From positions 1 to 51,983 of the forward strand of contig DUEW01000002.1 in NCBI GenBank assembly GCA_011174845.1: a DNA stretch of 51,983 nt, given 5' to 3'. A model generated the notes under the pieces. The model worked only from the letters and a program-made list of their open reading frames with translations. It did no database searches and was not told the DNA's origin. Below, piece by piece: positions 8,960 through 18,354 of this stretch. Position 1 is the first letter of the stretch. The number at the start of each line of letters is the position of its first letter. Source of the DNA: Anaerolineae bacterium (GTDB taxonomy: Bacteria; Chloroflexota; Anaerolineae; Anaerolineales; E44-bin32). The position numbers were made by a program, and so were the translations under genes.

Positions 8960-9928
8960 ATGCCTGATCTTAAGGAATATCGTGTGTTGGTCACACCAAC
9001 TTCGTATGCAAAAAACGATGCCAGGCTTCGCATTAACCTGGAGGAAAAGGTCAAAGAGGTGGTGTACAACACCACCGGGCGGCCGTTGTCGTCCGATGAG
9101 TTGCTGGATTTGATCCCTGAAATAGATGGATACATTGCCGGATTGGATGCCATAGACCAGAGCGTTATTGAAGCTGCTGATCGGCTGCAAGTCATCGCCC
9201 GTTATGGTGTTGGGGTGGATAAAGTTAATCTGGAGGCTGCAAAGGAAAAGGGTGTCGTGGTTACCAATACACCTGGCGCCAACTCGGTATCGGTAGCAGA
9301 GTTAACGGTGGGACTAATCCTGGCTCTTGCTCGCCACATTCCCGCGGCAGCAGAAGCGACGAAAGCAGGAGAATGGCCACGTCTCTCTGGGATGACATTA
9401 GAGGGAAAGACCATAGCTCTTCTTGGGTTTGGGTCGATCGCAAAGCATGTCGCGCGTCGGTTACAGGGCTTTGACTGTAAGGTTATCGCTTATCATCCTT
9501 CATTCAATATAGAAGCTGCGGAGGCTCTCGGAGTAGAACTACGCCCTCAGGATGACCTCATTCGTGAAGCAGATTTCCTCTCGTTGCATATGCCTGTGCT
9601 GCCTGAAACGAGGGGGATGGTCAACGCCGATTTCATCGACAAGATGAAAGATGGTGCATATCTCGTCAACACCTCAAGGGGAGAATTGATCAACGAAACC
9701 GCTCTTCTGGAAGCCTTGAAGCGCGACAAATTGCGAGGTGCTGCGTTGGATGTTTTTGGAAAGCAACCTCCAGGTGCCGATCATCCGCTTCTGGCATTAC
9801 CGCAGGTGATCGCGACACCGCATATGGGGGCACATACAGACGGTGCGACCAATGCGATGGGATGGATCGCAATGGAGGATTGCCTAGCTGTTCTCAGAGG
9901 GGAAGAGCCAGTTTATCGGGTGGTATAG
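8960..9928 (+). CDS. D-2-hydroxyacid dehydrogenase (phosphoglycerate dehydrogenase-like, no ACT domain)
   Basis: RYGVGVD, NTPGAN..SVAE, NTSRG, TPHMG. Confidence 0.88.
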   Translation: MPDLKEYRVLVTPTSYAKNDARLRINLEEKVKEVVYNTTGRPLSSDELLDLIPEIDGYIAGLDAIDQSVIEAADRLQVIARYGVGVDKVNLEAAKEKGVVVTNTPGANSVSVAELTVGLILALARHIPAAAEATKAGEWPRLSGMTLEGKTIALLGFGSIAKHVARRLQGFDCKVIAYHPSFNIEAAEALGVELRPQDDLIREADFLSLHMPVLPETRGMVNADFIDKMKDGAYLVNTSRGELINETALLEALKRDKLRGAALDVFGKQPPGADHPLLALPQVIATPHMGAHTDGATNAMGWIAMEDCLAVLRGEEPVYRVV

Positions 9929-10206
9929 ATAAATATGACGTGCGAAGAGCAAGTCACTTTTTCAATTCTTGTAGCCTAAGACACGGGGAATTTATCCACC
10001 GCTAGGTGACTCGGAAAACATCAAAGATAGGAACAAGAAATCCGCAGATTGTACGAGAATGAGCAGAACCAGCCGAAGTATCGTCAACAGAACCAACGAG
10101 ATAAATATAATATATAGTTCCTGTTTAATCTGAGCGGGAGGCTCTCAAAGATTATGGCATAGCCAATTGGGCGTTCATCGCAATGGCAGAATAGAAGTAA
10201 CTTAAT

Positions 10207-11199
10207 GTGAAAGACAGTATTGATATGGAATATCCCATTCTAACGAAATCAGTCCCGACTTTTTACTTCATCGGCGTCACGACAAGTGAATCATCGATCA
10301 TGAAGGTTTTTCCGTTATGGGCTGAAGCCCTTGGTCGCCCGGAGGTCGTGATCGAAGGAATCGATCACGCGCTACATGACGATCATGGTGCATACCGACA
10401 TACAGTTGCGCAAATAAAATTCGATCCTCTCTCATTGGGTGGGCTTGTTACAACGCACAAGATCGATATCCTTGAGGCTGCGGGGGACATGTTTGAGATC
10501 CTTCATTCCTCTGCACAGCTGACCGGTGAGGTCTCATGTATCTCCAAGCGAAATGGCATACTTGTAGGTCACGCAAAGGACGTACTTACCGCAGGACTGA
10601 GCCTGGACGCAGTTTTGGGTGAAAATTATTTCGCCAGAACGGGAGGCCATGTGATGAATATCGGAGCGGGCGGATCAGGTAAAGCCATCGCACTTCACCT
10701 GATTCAAAAGGAAAATGCAGGTGATCGACCGCGACGATTTGTAATGGTTAATCGGTCAAAACCGCGCTTGGTTAAATGTCAAGAGATGGTAGAAAGTTTG
10801 GAGACGGATATCCAGTTTGAATATATTCTCAACAACGATCCTAGGGTGAATGATGAGATCATGGCGAGTCTACCGGAGGGCAGTGTCGTGATCAACTCCA
10901 CGGGCATGGGAAAGGACAGACCCGGCTCGCCGATCACCGATCATGGGCTTTTTCCCCGTAATGGTGTTGCGTGGGAGATCAACTACAGGGGCGAGTTGGA
11001 TTTCTGGCACCAAGCGAAGGCTCAAGAGGAAAGCCGCGGGGTCTTTGTGGAGGATGGTTGGTTGTATTTTCTCCATGGATGGGCTCAGCATATTGCCGAA
11101 GTGCTGCACATCGAGATGGATAAAGAGATTTTTAAAAAGTTGGCGAGCTTGGTCGCAGATTTGAGGCCAGAGTTAGTACCGATACCAAGGTCAGGATAG
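10207..11199 (+). CDS. Shikimate dehydrogenase-like oxidoreductase of unknown substrate
   Basis: GLVTTHK, GAGGSG, NRS, INSTGMG, EINY; divergent from canonical AroE; start may be 10225. Confidence 0.65.
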   Translation: MKDSIDMEYPILTKSVPTFYFIGVTTSESSIMKVFPLWAEALGRPEVVIEGIDHALHDDHGAYRHTVAQIKFDPLSLGGLVTTHKIDILEAAGDMFEILHSSAQLTGEVSCISKRNGILVGHAKDVLTAGLSLDAVLGENYFARTGGHVMNIGAGGSGKAIALHLIQKENAGDRPRRFVMVNRSKPRLVKCQEMVESLETDIQFEYILNNDPRVNDEIMASLPEGSVVINSTGMGKDRPGSPITDHGLFPRNGVAWEINYRGELDFWHQAKAQEESRGVFVEDGWLYFLHGWAQHIAEVLHIEMDKEIFKKLASLVADLRPELVPIPRSG

Positions 11200-11251
11200 T
11201 AACTATCTATCTCATCGAATATTTTCGATCGATGTTGATAAGGGGTGAAGT

Positions 11252-11785
11252 TTGGATTTCACAAATGTAGTCAGAACGAGAAGAAGTATCAGATCCTACA
11301 GTAGAGAGGAAGTTCCTGATAACCTTTTACAGAAAATCCTGGATGCCGCCAGAGTCGCTCCTTCAGCAAATAATCGACAACCCTGGCGGTATATTGTCGT
11401 TCGTGAAACTAAGACGATATATAAGATAGCCCAGTTGGCTGCAAACCAAATCTTCATTGCAGAAGCACCGATCGTTGTTGTCCTTTGTGGTCGAAAATAT
11501 GTCAATCAGTATAGTTGGTTTGGAGAGTGTATGTATCTATTAGAAGCGGCGATTTCGATGGATCATCTTGTGCTCGCGGCCAGGAACGAAGGTTTGGGGA
11601 CATGTTGGGTTGGCGCTTTCGATAAGTGGGGTATCGAGGAGTTGTTAGATATCCCTCCAGATTTTCCACCCGTTATGCTCACGCCCTTGGGATACCCAAA
11701 GGACAAAATCGCGTTCTCTGAGGTTATAGACCGAAAACCGATCAATGAGATTTGCTATTCCGAAAAATTTGGCAACAGGTCTTGA
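11252..11785 (+). CDS. Nitroreductase family protein
   Basis: RRSIRSY, APSANNRQPW, GLGTCWVG, LGYP. Confidence 0.9.
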   Translation: MDFTNVVRTRRSIRSYSREEVPDNLLQKILDAARVAPSANNRQPWRYIVVRETKTIYKIAQLAANQIFIAEAPIVVVLCGRKYVNQYSWFGECMYLLEAAISMDHLVLAARNEGLGTCWVGAFDKWGIEELLDIPPDFPPVMLTPLGYPKDKIAFSEVIDRKPINEICYSEKFGNRS

Positions 11786-12179
11786 TTTTCATCTAGGGAT
11801 TCGCAAAAAAACAGAGATGACATCTGCTCTGTATCCTATTTTCTTCCTTGTATCCCACTAATCCACAATTAGTTAACTGATCTGTCTTTTCTCGTGATAG
11901 CTGACCAAGGGTCGGTTTCTTTAAGTTGATCCCGGTTGCAAGGCAATTCTTTTGCTATTCCTAGTTCCTGTCTGACTAGCGGCATCTACTGGGGATTTAA
12001 GTGTCGTCCATCTATCGGTTAGCCAGTGGGTAATCGAAGATCAATCTTGGTGATTTCGATGGCAAGACTACAAGGAGATTTAAGAAAGTTGGAGGCGATG
12101 ATTATTATCATTCTAATTGGGGTCGAGAACAAACACCATGTGTTGGGTTAAATTCCTTTGTGTGGTTATCGTGAATCAA

Positions 12180-12845
12180 TCATCGCGCCGGAAGCCCCGG
12201 GATCACCTCTGCCGCGTATCCATAGAGATGTTCAATGAATCCTATAGATATTAACTCGCCCTGGGGTCGTTCATTTTCGATGTTCAGGATAATCTCAGAT
12301 ATTGAGCAATTGTGGATTTGAGCATCACGAAGGATCTTACTATCAGCATTACGACACAATTCCTTTAGGGTGTACATAAAACCGCCACCATGCGCAACAA
12401 CGATAACATTTCGGTTGTCATGATCTCCAAATATTCTTACATAACCTTTACGCATTCTTTCCCAAAGTTCGATGTAGTCTTCACCGCCAGGGAATCTTGC
12501 CTCGAATTTTCCATGGAACCAATCATCGATGATCTCCTGGTGAACGGAAAAGATCTCACCCCTCATGGGCTGACCATCAAACTCACCTACATTAACCTCT
12601 AAGAATTCTTCGATCAAGACAACATCTAAAGTTATGGGAGCAGCTATGATCTTTGCTGTTTCTATGGCTCGTTTCAAGGGGGAAGAGTAAATTCCATCTA
12701 TTTGCTTATTCTTGAAGTACTCTGCTGTTTGCTCCGCCTGTAATATACCCTTTGGAGTAAGGGATTGATCGAGCTGTTCATAAGAGAAGACTTTAATAAT
12801 GTTAGCCAAAGTCTCGCCATGTCGCACCCAAAAGAGCCTATTCAT
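12180..12845 (-). CDS. Histidine phosphatase (phosphoglycerate mutase family)
   Basis: VRHGET, SSPLKRAIET, VAHGG; start set to MNRLFWVRHG. Confidence 0.88.
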   Translation of the reverse strand: MNRLFWVRHGETLANIIKVFSYEQLDQSLTPKGILQAEQTAEYFKNKQIDGIYSSPLKRAIETAKIIAAPITLDVVLIEEFLEVNVGEFDGQPMRGEIFSVHQEIIDDWFHGKFEARFPGGEDYIELWERMRKGYVRIFGDHDNRNVIVVAHGGGFMYTLKELCRNADSKILRDAQIHNCSISEIILNIENERPQGELISIGFIEHLYGYAAEVIPGLPAR

Positions 12846-12939
12846 TTCACGATCCTTGTCATTTATTTTATCGATAATGCAAAGTTTCCCGCAATCAATG
12901 AGGGAGCATTGTAAGGACTGACGAAAGATCACCTATTAT

Positions 12940-13629
12940 TTATGTATCCATATTCTCTTTCAAGAGAATCATCCCAAGCTGTCTAAACGCGTTTGGTGGC
13001 GGACCGGATTCCATGTGCCCTTTTATCATCTTGGCACATTTCAGTGGTGTGAGGTTGGTTGAGTCGATGTCTAGATCGTATGATCCATGAGCATCAACGA
13101 GAGCATGCGTAAGGTGATAATGTCCTTTAGCATGACCGATCCATCGATCCCCTCGTTCATGCTCTCTCCGTTCAATTTCTTCAAGGGAACATCGTACTCC
13201 TACGAATAGGATCTCAAAATCTCGCAATGTAGCGAGATACCCCTCGAGTTGACCATCATAAATCACATTCTCGTCGACGATGAGATTGTTTCCGGCGGAG
13301 GCGAGGCCCGCAATCGCTCGGTACATTCCTTCAAGAAGTCTGTATCCGATGGGACCTGGCGTAAGGTCATACCAGATCTCATCCCCATCTATGACTGTTC
13401 TCCAGCGGAAGCCTTGGTACGCGGGATCACCTTCAGATGGGTCTTTGCCAAAATATCGTCGAGGCATCATATTATAGAAAATGTCGACGCCTACATGAAG
13501 GTAAGGCTCATCAATTAATTGCTGTAATTCTTTTGCAATGGCAGTTTTTCCAGTGCTTGATGGTCCATTCATAAAAATGATCTTACCAGAAGGCATTGGT
13601 TGCATCCTATTGGGTTCTTCATCCTCCAT
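12940..13629 (-). CDS. Chloramphenicol phosphotransferase-like P-loop kinase
   Basis: IIFMNGPSSTGKT, GNNLIVD, VGVRC..E..RRE..RGDR..G.A, YDL.IDS; start uncertain. Confidence 0.8.
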   Translation of the reverse strand: MEDEEPNRMQPMPSGKIIFMNGPSSTGKTAIAKELQQLIDEPYLHVGVDIFYNMMPRRYFGKDPSEGDPAYQGFRWRTVIDGDEIWYDLTPGPIGYRLLEGMYRAIAGLASAGNNLIVDENVIYDGQLEGYLATLRDFEILFVGVRCSLEEIERREHERGDRWIGHAKGHYHLTHALVDAHGSYDLDIDSTNLTPLKCAKMIKGHMESGPPPNAFRQLGMILLKENMDT

Positions 13630-13778
13630 AGATCTCCGGATGAATACCATATTAAACGCAGTATCGAGTATATGTATCTCTTGTATTATTCAACGTAGGT
13701 TAATGAACGCTAGCATTATTCAACAATTTTGAAAAATAACTTATTGGCGATCGATCGATGAGCAAGAGAATCCCCAAG

Positions 13779-13807
13779 TTGACATTGTCTACACCCTACT
13801 CTATAAT
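13779..13807 (+). promoter_or_regulatory. Perfect-consensus sigma70 promoter upstream of the GntR gene
   Basis: TTGACA (13779-13784)-17 nt-TATAAT (13802-13807). Confidence 0.8.
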
Positions 13808-13865
13808 GCAAGTTGATATGACATGCTGACTACATGATATTATTTCAAGTAGAGAAATTACACAA

Positions 13866-14738
13866 ATGATTGATATAGATAACGAAATCCCCTCTTCAGT
13901 AATTCGCGTCGATCGCAACAGCCGAGTGCCGTATTACGCACAAATCATTGAGTCCATTCAAGAGCGGATTGAGAATGGGCAATGGCAAGCTGGCTATCAA
14001 CTTCCTGGCGAATCAGAGCTCTGCCGGATGTTTAATGTCAGCAGGACGGTCATTCGTCAAGCGCTAGGCGAATTAGTATATGAGGGTTTAATCACCCGAG
14101 TAAAAGGTAAAGGAACTTTCATCGCAGAACCAAAGATTGGTGAAAGTCTCGTGCAAAAACTTACCGGCTTTTACCACGATATGGCTGAGCGGGGCTATGA
14201 GCAAGCCACCAAAGTTCTCGAACAGGACGTGATACCTGCGAGCCCCAAGGTTGCGAGTTATCTTCGTCTTCGTGAGGGCGAAGAGGTCCTCAGACTTACT
14301 CGTAAGCGGTCAGTAATGGGGGAACCGATCGTCCTAGTTACCACCTATTTGCCTTACAAATTGTGCCAAGGCTTAGAAAACGAAGATTTCACAAATCAAT
14401 CGTTGTATGAAGCCTTGGAACGCAAGTTTAATCTCACCATCGTTTATGGAAAACGAACCGTTGAAGCAGTCCCAGCTAATGAGTATGAGGCAGAGATTTT
14501 AGAGACTGAGAAAGGTGCTCCACTCATTCTGCTGGACAGCATCAGCTACATAGGGGATGGGACACCGATTGAGTACTACCATGCACTACACAGGGGAGAC
14601 AGGACTCGATTTGAGGTCGAACTCGTTCGGTATGAAGAGCGAGGCACCAATAGGAAACCCCTTGGCCGAACTGAAGTTCCTCCACAGGGCAGCGCGTTCA
14701 TTACAGAGAGCAACAATCCATCGCGATCGGAAGGATAA
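13866..14738 (+). CDS. GntR family regulator, HutC subfamily (wHTH plus UTRA)
   Basis: LPGESEL...FNVSRTVIRQAL, GKGTF; C-terminal UTRA-type GTPIEY. Confidence 0.92.
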   Translation: MIDIDNEIPSSVIRVDRNSRVPYYAQIIESIQERIENGQWQAGYQLPGESELCRMFNVSRTVIRQALGELVYEGLITRVKGKGTFIAEPKIGESLVQKLTGFYHDMAERGYEQATKVLEQDVIPASPKVASYLRLREGEEVLRLTRKRSVMGEPIVLVTTYLPYKLCQGLENEDFTNQSLYEALERKFNLTIVYGKRTVEAVPANEYEAEILETEKGAPLILLDSISYIGDGTPIEYYHALHRGDRTRFEVELVRYEERGTNRKPLGRTEVPPQGSAFITESNNPSRSEG

Positions 14739-14826
14739 AGAAAGACCAACGGCTCTACAAGTAAAACATTATCAATAGGCCTATGGAGATGGGGGACATG
14801 ATTGAGTTCGTTTTTTGGGGGTGTGC

Positions 14827-15660
14827 GTGACAAGTACACCACAAGAGAAACGAGCAGCAGGCAAGGCGAAGCTTGAACAAGCTTTCGAGGCTGCCCAGCC
14901 AGCACTTCAGCTCGGGGGTGTTGCAGCTACTGACCCAAGATTTGCCAGGACTGCTGCTGATGCAGGCGTCCGAATTCTGGAACCTAACCATACGGCCATC
15001 TCCTGCGCACGCGCTCAAAGGGGCTTAACTTCCATGCGCGAGGCGTATACCTATAAACACGAACTCGACTTCAACGTCGTGCTCGAAGTCGTTAGCACAC
15101 TTCGGCATGTTGTACCTGAACATGTTTTCCTCCTCAGCGCGGCCCCAGGCACGTTTGACGAAGCAGAGCCTACCTTTGAGGAAAAACAGGCACACTTGCT
15201 CTCTAAGGCAGGAGCGGATGGCCTCTTTGTGGAGAAGAATAGCTACGATGAGGTCCATCGTTTGACACGAATTGCCCACGATGCAGGTTTATTAATCCAA
15301 GCAGGTTTTCAATTGCGCTCCCCAGGAGCGAAGACAGCGGTAATCCCTATAGAAACACCGGGAGACGCGTCGAAGGCAGCCAGACGACTCATGAACATGG
15401 GTGTTGACATTGTGGGAATGCGGTTTTCAGGGATCTTTAAGAGTCTTGAGGCTGGTGCTATTGCACCCGAGGAGTTGGATTGTCTTTCGTCTATGGTATC
15501 CGAGGTGCCTGGAGCAACGGTTGTCTACGCGGGAGTAAATGTCAGTAATCTCCCTGCTGTGGCTGAGACGGGTGTCAAGATGGTGGGCGTAGCTTCCGCG
15601 GTAGATGACTTAGTATATAAAGCTTTATTCGAAGCAATTGACCAGTTTTCGATCTATTGA
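14827..15660 (+). CDS. Uncharacterised protein, probable (beta/alpha)8 barrel enzyme
   Basis: Alternating beta/alpha pattern (AGADGLFV, MGVDIVG, AGVN, TGVKMVGVAS) reminiscent of phosphate-binding barrels; start uncertain. Confidence 0.55.
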   Translation: MTSTPQEKRAAGKAKLEQAFEAAQPALQLGGVAATDPRFARTAADAGVRILEPNHTAISCARAQRGLTSMREAYTYKHELDFNVVLEVVSTLRHVVPEHVFLLSAAPGTFDEAEPTFEEKQAHLLSKAGADGLFVEKNSYDEVHRLTRIAHDAGLLIQAGFQLRSPGAKTAVIPIETPGDASKAARRLMNMGVDIVGMRFSGIFKSLEAGAIAPEELDCLSSMVSEVPGATVVYAGVNVSNLPAVAETGVKMVGVASAVDDLVYKALFEAIDQFSIY

Positions 15661-15926
15661 TAGGTAAACATAAAGGTAAACGGTAAATTATTAATCGCGA
15701 TGTGCAATTGATCTGTCACCCGGGTACCGATGAAGACGTGAAAAGGAGGAAGGGATTGAACAGAAGAAAAACGTAATTACTTGGATAAGGCACACTATTA
15801 TGAAAAAAGCTTGCTTGTAGCACTTCATGGAAATCTATCCGAGTAGACTAAGCGGTTAGAGACACTGAACTTAATGAGTGTGCCTCATATGGTCATACAC
15901 AACAACAGTAGTGGGAGGAGAATACA

Positions 15927-17240
15927 ATGAGGACAGTTCGAAATATCTTTGCGTTGCTGATTGTTGCATCAGTAATGCTCACATCCTGCAAAGCTGCCAC
16001 TCCTACGGCCGCACCTGAAGAGGAAATAGTCATCACGTTCTGGCACCAGGAACAGGTCGATCGTCGCATTAAAGTCTTGGACAAGCTCTTTGATGAGTTC
16101 TATGAAGAAACCGGCATCAGAGTGGTTCAAGAAACCATGACCTGGGATGAGCAGTATGTGAAATTAATGTCGGCCATCGAGGCAGGAAATCCACCAGATA
16201 TAACATGGGGCACAGAGGATACAGCAGTCACGCTGCTTGAAGCGGGAGCGATTTATCCGGTGACGGATCTCGTTAAGAATCTCGACGCACAGTATACCTA
16301 CGTACCATCCCATCGTGACCGATTGTTCTGGGATGGGGAGTACTGGGCTGTTCCTGTTCTTGGCCTGAGCTACAACTTTTGGTACCGCGCCGATATGTTC
16401 GAAGAAGCTGGGCTTGAACCCCCTGAAACCTGGGATGATGTGATTGCGGCCGCCGAAGCCCTCAACGATCCACCCAATCGCTGGGGTATCGCGCTTCCCA
16501 CTGGCGAGACGCTTTATGGTGATCAGGTGATGATGAGCCTATTGTTTGCCAATGGTGGCAAAGTGATGGCAAGTGGCAATGAACTCGTGGTCAACAGCCC
16601 TGAAATGGTAAAAGCGCTAGAGATCTACCGTGATCTCGCCCAATTCACCCCCCCTGACGCTGGCAATTACACTTGGCCTGAGGCAGGTCAAGCATTTGCT
16701 CAGGGAAAGGCTGCAATGTTGATCACCTTCAATGCCGTCTTAGACTATGACATTGTCGAGGGGAATGTCCCTGAAAATCTAGGAATCGTTAGGATGCCTG
16801 AAACTCCCGGGAAGGACGTCAGGACAGTCTCCTATACCCTATGCATCATGTTCCTGACTGATGATCCGGTGAAGCTGGAGGCAATCCAGACGTGGTTGTC
16901 CTGGATGATGGAGCCAGAGAACTATGGTGAATGGGCTGCCGAGTTTGAGCCAGGGCTGTTCCTACCAATCACTGAAGCAGGATTGGAATCCGAAAGCTTC
17001 TTTGGACATGAGATGATAGCTCCGTATCAGGAACAAGTCCATAGCATACTTGAGCTGACTCAACTCAACACCTGCACTACTTGGGAAGTAGGCGAAAAAC
17101 CAGATCCCTTTTCTGGAACAATTTATCTGGGTTTTCCAACGATTAAAGCAGCTCAATTAGTGCTTTTTGAGGGTGCGACACCCGTAGAAGGAGCAGCTGA
17201 AGCTGAAAGGATAATCAAAGAGAATCTCGGAAGGGAATGA
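15927..17240 (+). CDS. Sugar ABC transporter substrate-binding lipoprotein (CUT1)
   Basis: Lipobox LTSC, ITFWH, AGNPPD, YRADMFEEAGL.PP.TWDD; GGAGG RBS. Confidence 0.92.
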   Translation: MRTVRNIFALLIVASVMLTSCKAATPTAAPEEEIVITFWHQEQVDRRIKVLDKLFDEFYEETGIRVVQETMTWDEQYVKLMSAIEAGNPPDITWGTEDTAVTLLEAGAIYPVTDLVKNLDAQYTYVPSHRDRLFWDGEYWAVPVLGLSYNFWYRADMFEEAGLEPPETWDDVIAAAEALNDPPNRWGIALPTGETLYGDQVMMSLLFANGGKVMASGNELVVNSPEMVKALEIYRDLAQFTPPDAGNYTWPEAGQAFAQGKAAMLITFNAVLDYDIVEGNVPENLGIVRMPETPGKDVRTVSYTLCIMFLTDDPVKLEAIQTWLSWMMEPENYGEWAAEFEPGLFLPITEAGLESESFFGHEMIAPYQEQVHSILELTQLNTCTTWEVGEKPDPFSGTIYLGFPTIKAAQLVLFEGATPVEGAAEAERIIKENLGRE

Positions 17241-17274
17241 CAGATATTCGGATAATAAGCCGATCTGCTCATAA

Positions 17275-17322
17275 TTGGATGGGGCCTCGGATTAGATGCT
17301 TGGTCCGAGGCCTCCCATCCAA
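17275..17322 (+). terminator. Stem-loop after the SBP gene (mRNA-stabilising or partial terminator)
   Basis: TTGGATGGGGCCTCGGA-loop-TCCGAGGCCTCCCATCCAA near-perfect inverted repeat. Confidence 0.6.
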
Positions 17323-17388
17323 AGCTGAATAGAATCCACTGAACCTATTGATCAAGAATAGTCTGAAAATCATCCTTAGCGAGAAGGT

Positions 17389-18354
17389 ATGATGAAAACA
17401 AATGATGTTCGTTCTTCTTTGCGGGGTTTGGTCAATTCAATACAACGGAGACAATTTTATCTGAGTGATAACGCATTTAGCATGATTCTCATGATACCTC
17501 TACTGCTATGGGTTACGATGACCATGGTTTATCCATTATTCTATGGGATACAGCTATCGCTCACTGACCAACGTTTGATCGGCATCGAAGGGAATTTCAT
17601 CGGATTGGATAACTTTAGACGCATTCTTAGTAACGAGACGGTTATCTCTGGGATTTGGAAATCGGTGTCCTGGACTCTAATGAATGGAATACTACAGGGT
17701 ATCCTCGGACTTATCGTTGGAATCCTGTTGGAGAGAGCTTTCTTTGCTCGTCGTGCCATGCGGGTGTGGATTCTCTTGCCATGGATCGTGCCGACGATCG
17801 CAATTGCGATCCTTTGGAAATGGCTTCTTTCAGCTACCTACGGCATTGTCAACTATCTTCTTGTTGAACTCGGTATTCTCGATGTGGGTTTTGGCTTCCT
17901 TGCCAACCCTGATGTTGCACTTGAGACCTCTTCAGCGATCAATGCATGGAGTATGTTCCCATTCCTATCGATCATCATGCTTGCGGGCTTACTCAGCATT
18001 CCGCGTGAAGAGTATGAAGCAGCTAGGATCGATGGAGCAGGGTTTTGGCAAGAACTTCGATTTATAACCATACCTTATATAACACCGACACTTGTTGTTC
18101 TTGGTTTGATTGGTACGATGTGGTCGTTCAATGACTTTAACATGCTCTGGCTGATCAACAAAGGTGGACCTGCCGGGGCAACTCGCACGTTGCCTCTCAT
18201 CGTGTATGAGTTTGCCTTCCGTAATTATTTTCTGGGACGGGCAGCTGCGGTCGGTGTATTCATGATGTTGGTACTTACAGTCTTCGTCATATTGTTCATG
18301 CGCATGAGTCGAAGAACCGTGGGGATCTTTGCTCCCATGGAAGAGGAGCTTTAA
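17389..18354 (+). CDS. Sugar ABC transporter permease (MalF-like)
   Basis: FIGLDNF, EAARIDGA EAA motif, GGPAGAT. Confidence 0.92.
   Translation: MMKTNDVRSSLRGLVNSIQRRQFYLSDNAFSMILMIPLLLWVTMTMVYPLFYGIQLSLTDQRLIGIEGNFIGLDNFRRILSNETVISGIWKSVSWTLMNGILQGILGLIVGILLERAFFARRAMRVWILLPWIVPTIAIAILWKWLLSATYGIVNYLLVELGILDVGFGFLANPDVALETSSAINAWSMFPFLSIIMLAGLLSIPREEYEAARIDGAGFWQELRFITIPYITPTLVVLGLIGTMWSFNDFNMLWLINKGGPAGATRTLPLIVYEFAFRNYFLGRAAAVGVFMMLVLTVFVILFMRMSRRTVGIFAPMEEEL

Noticed and set aside
12940-13629. Chloramphenicol resistance gene
   Set aside because: Family-level resemblance only; CPT-like kinases are widespread with unknown substrates
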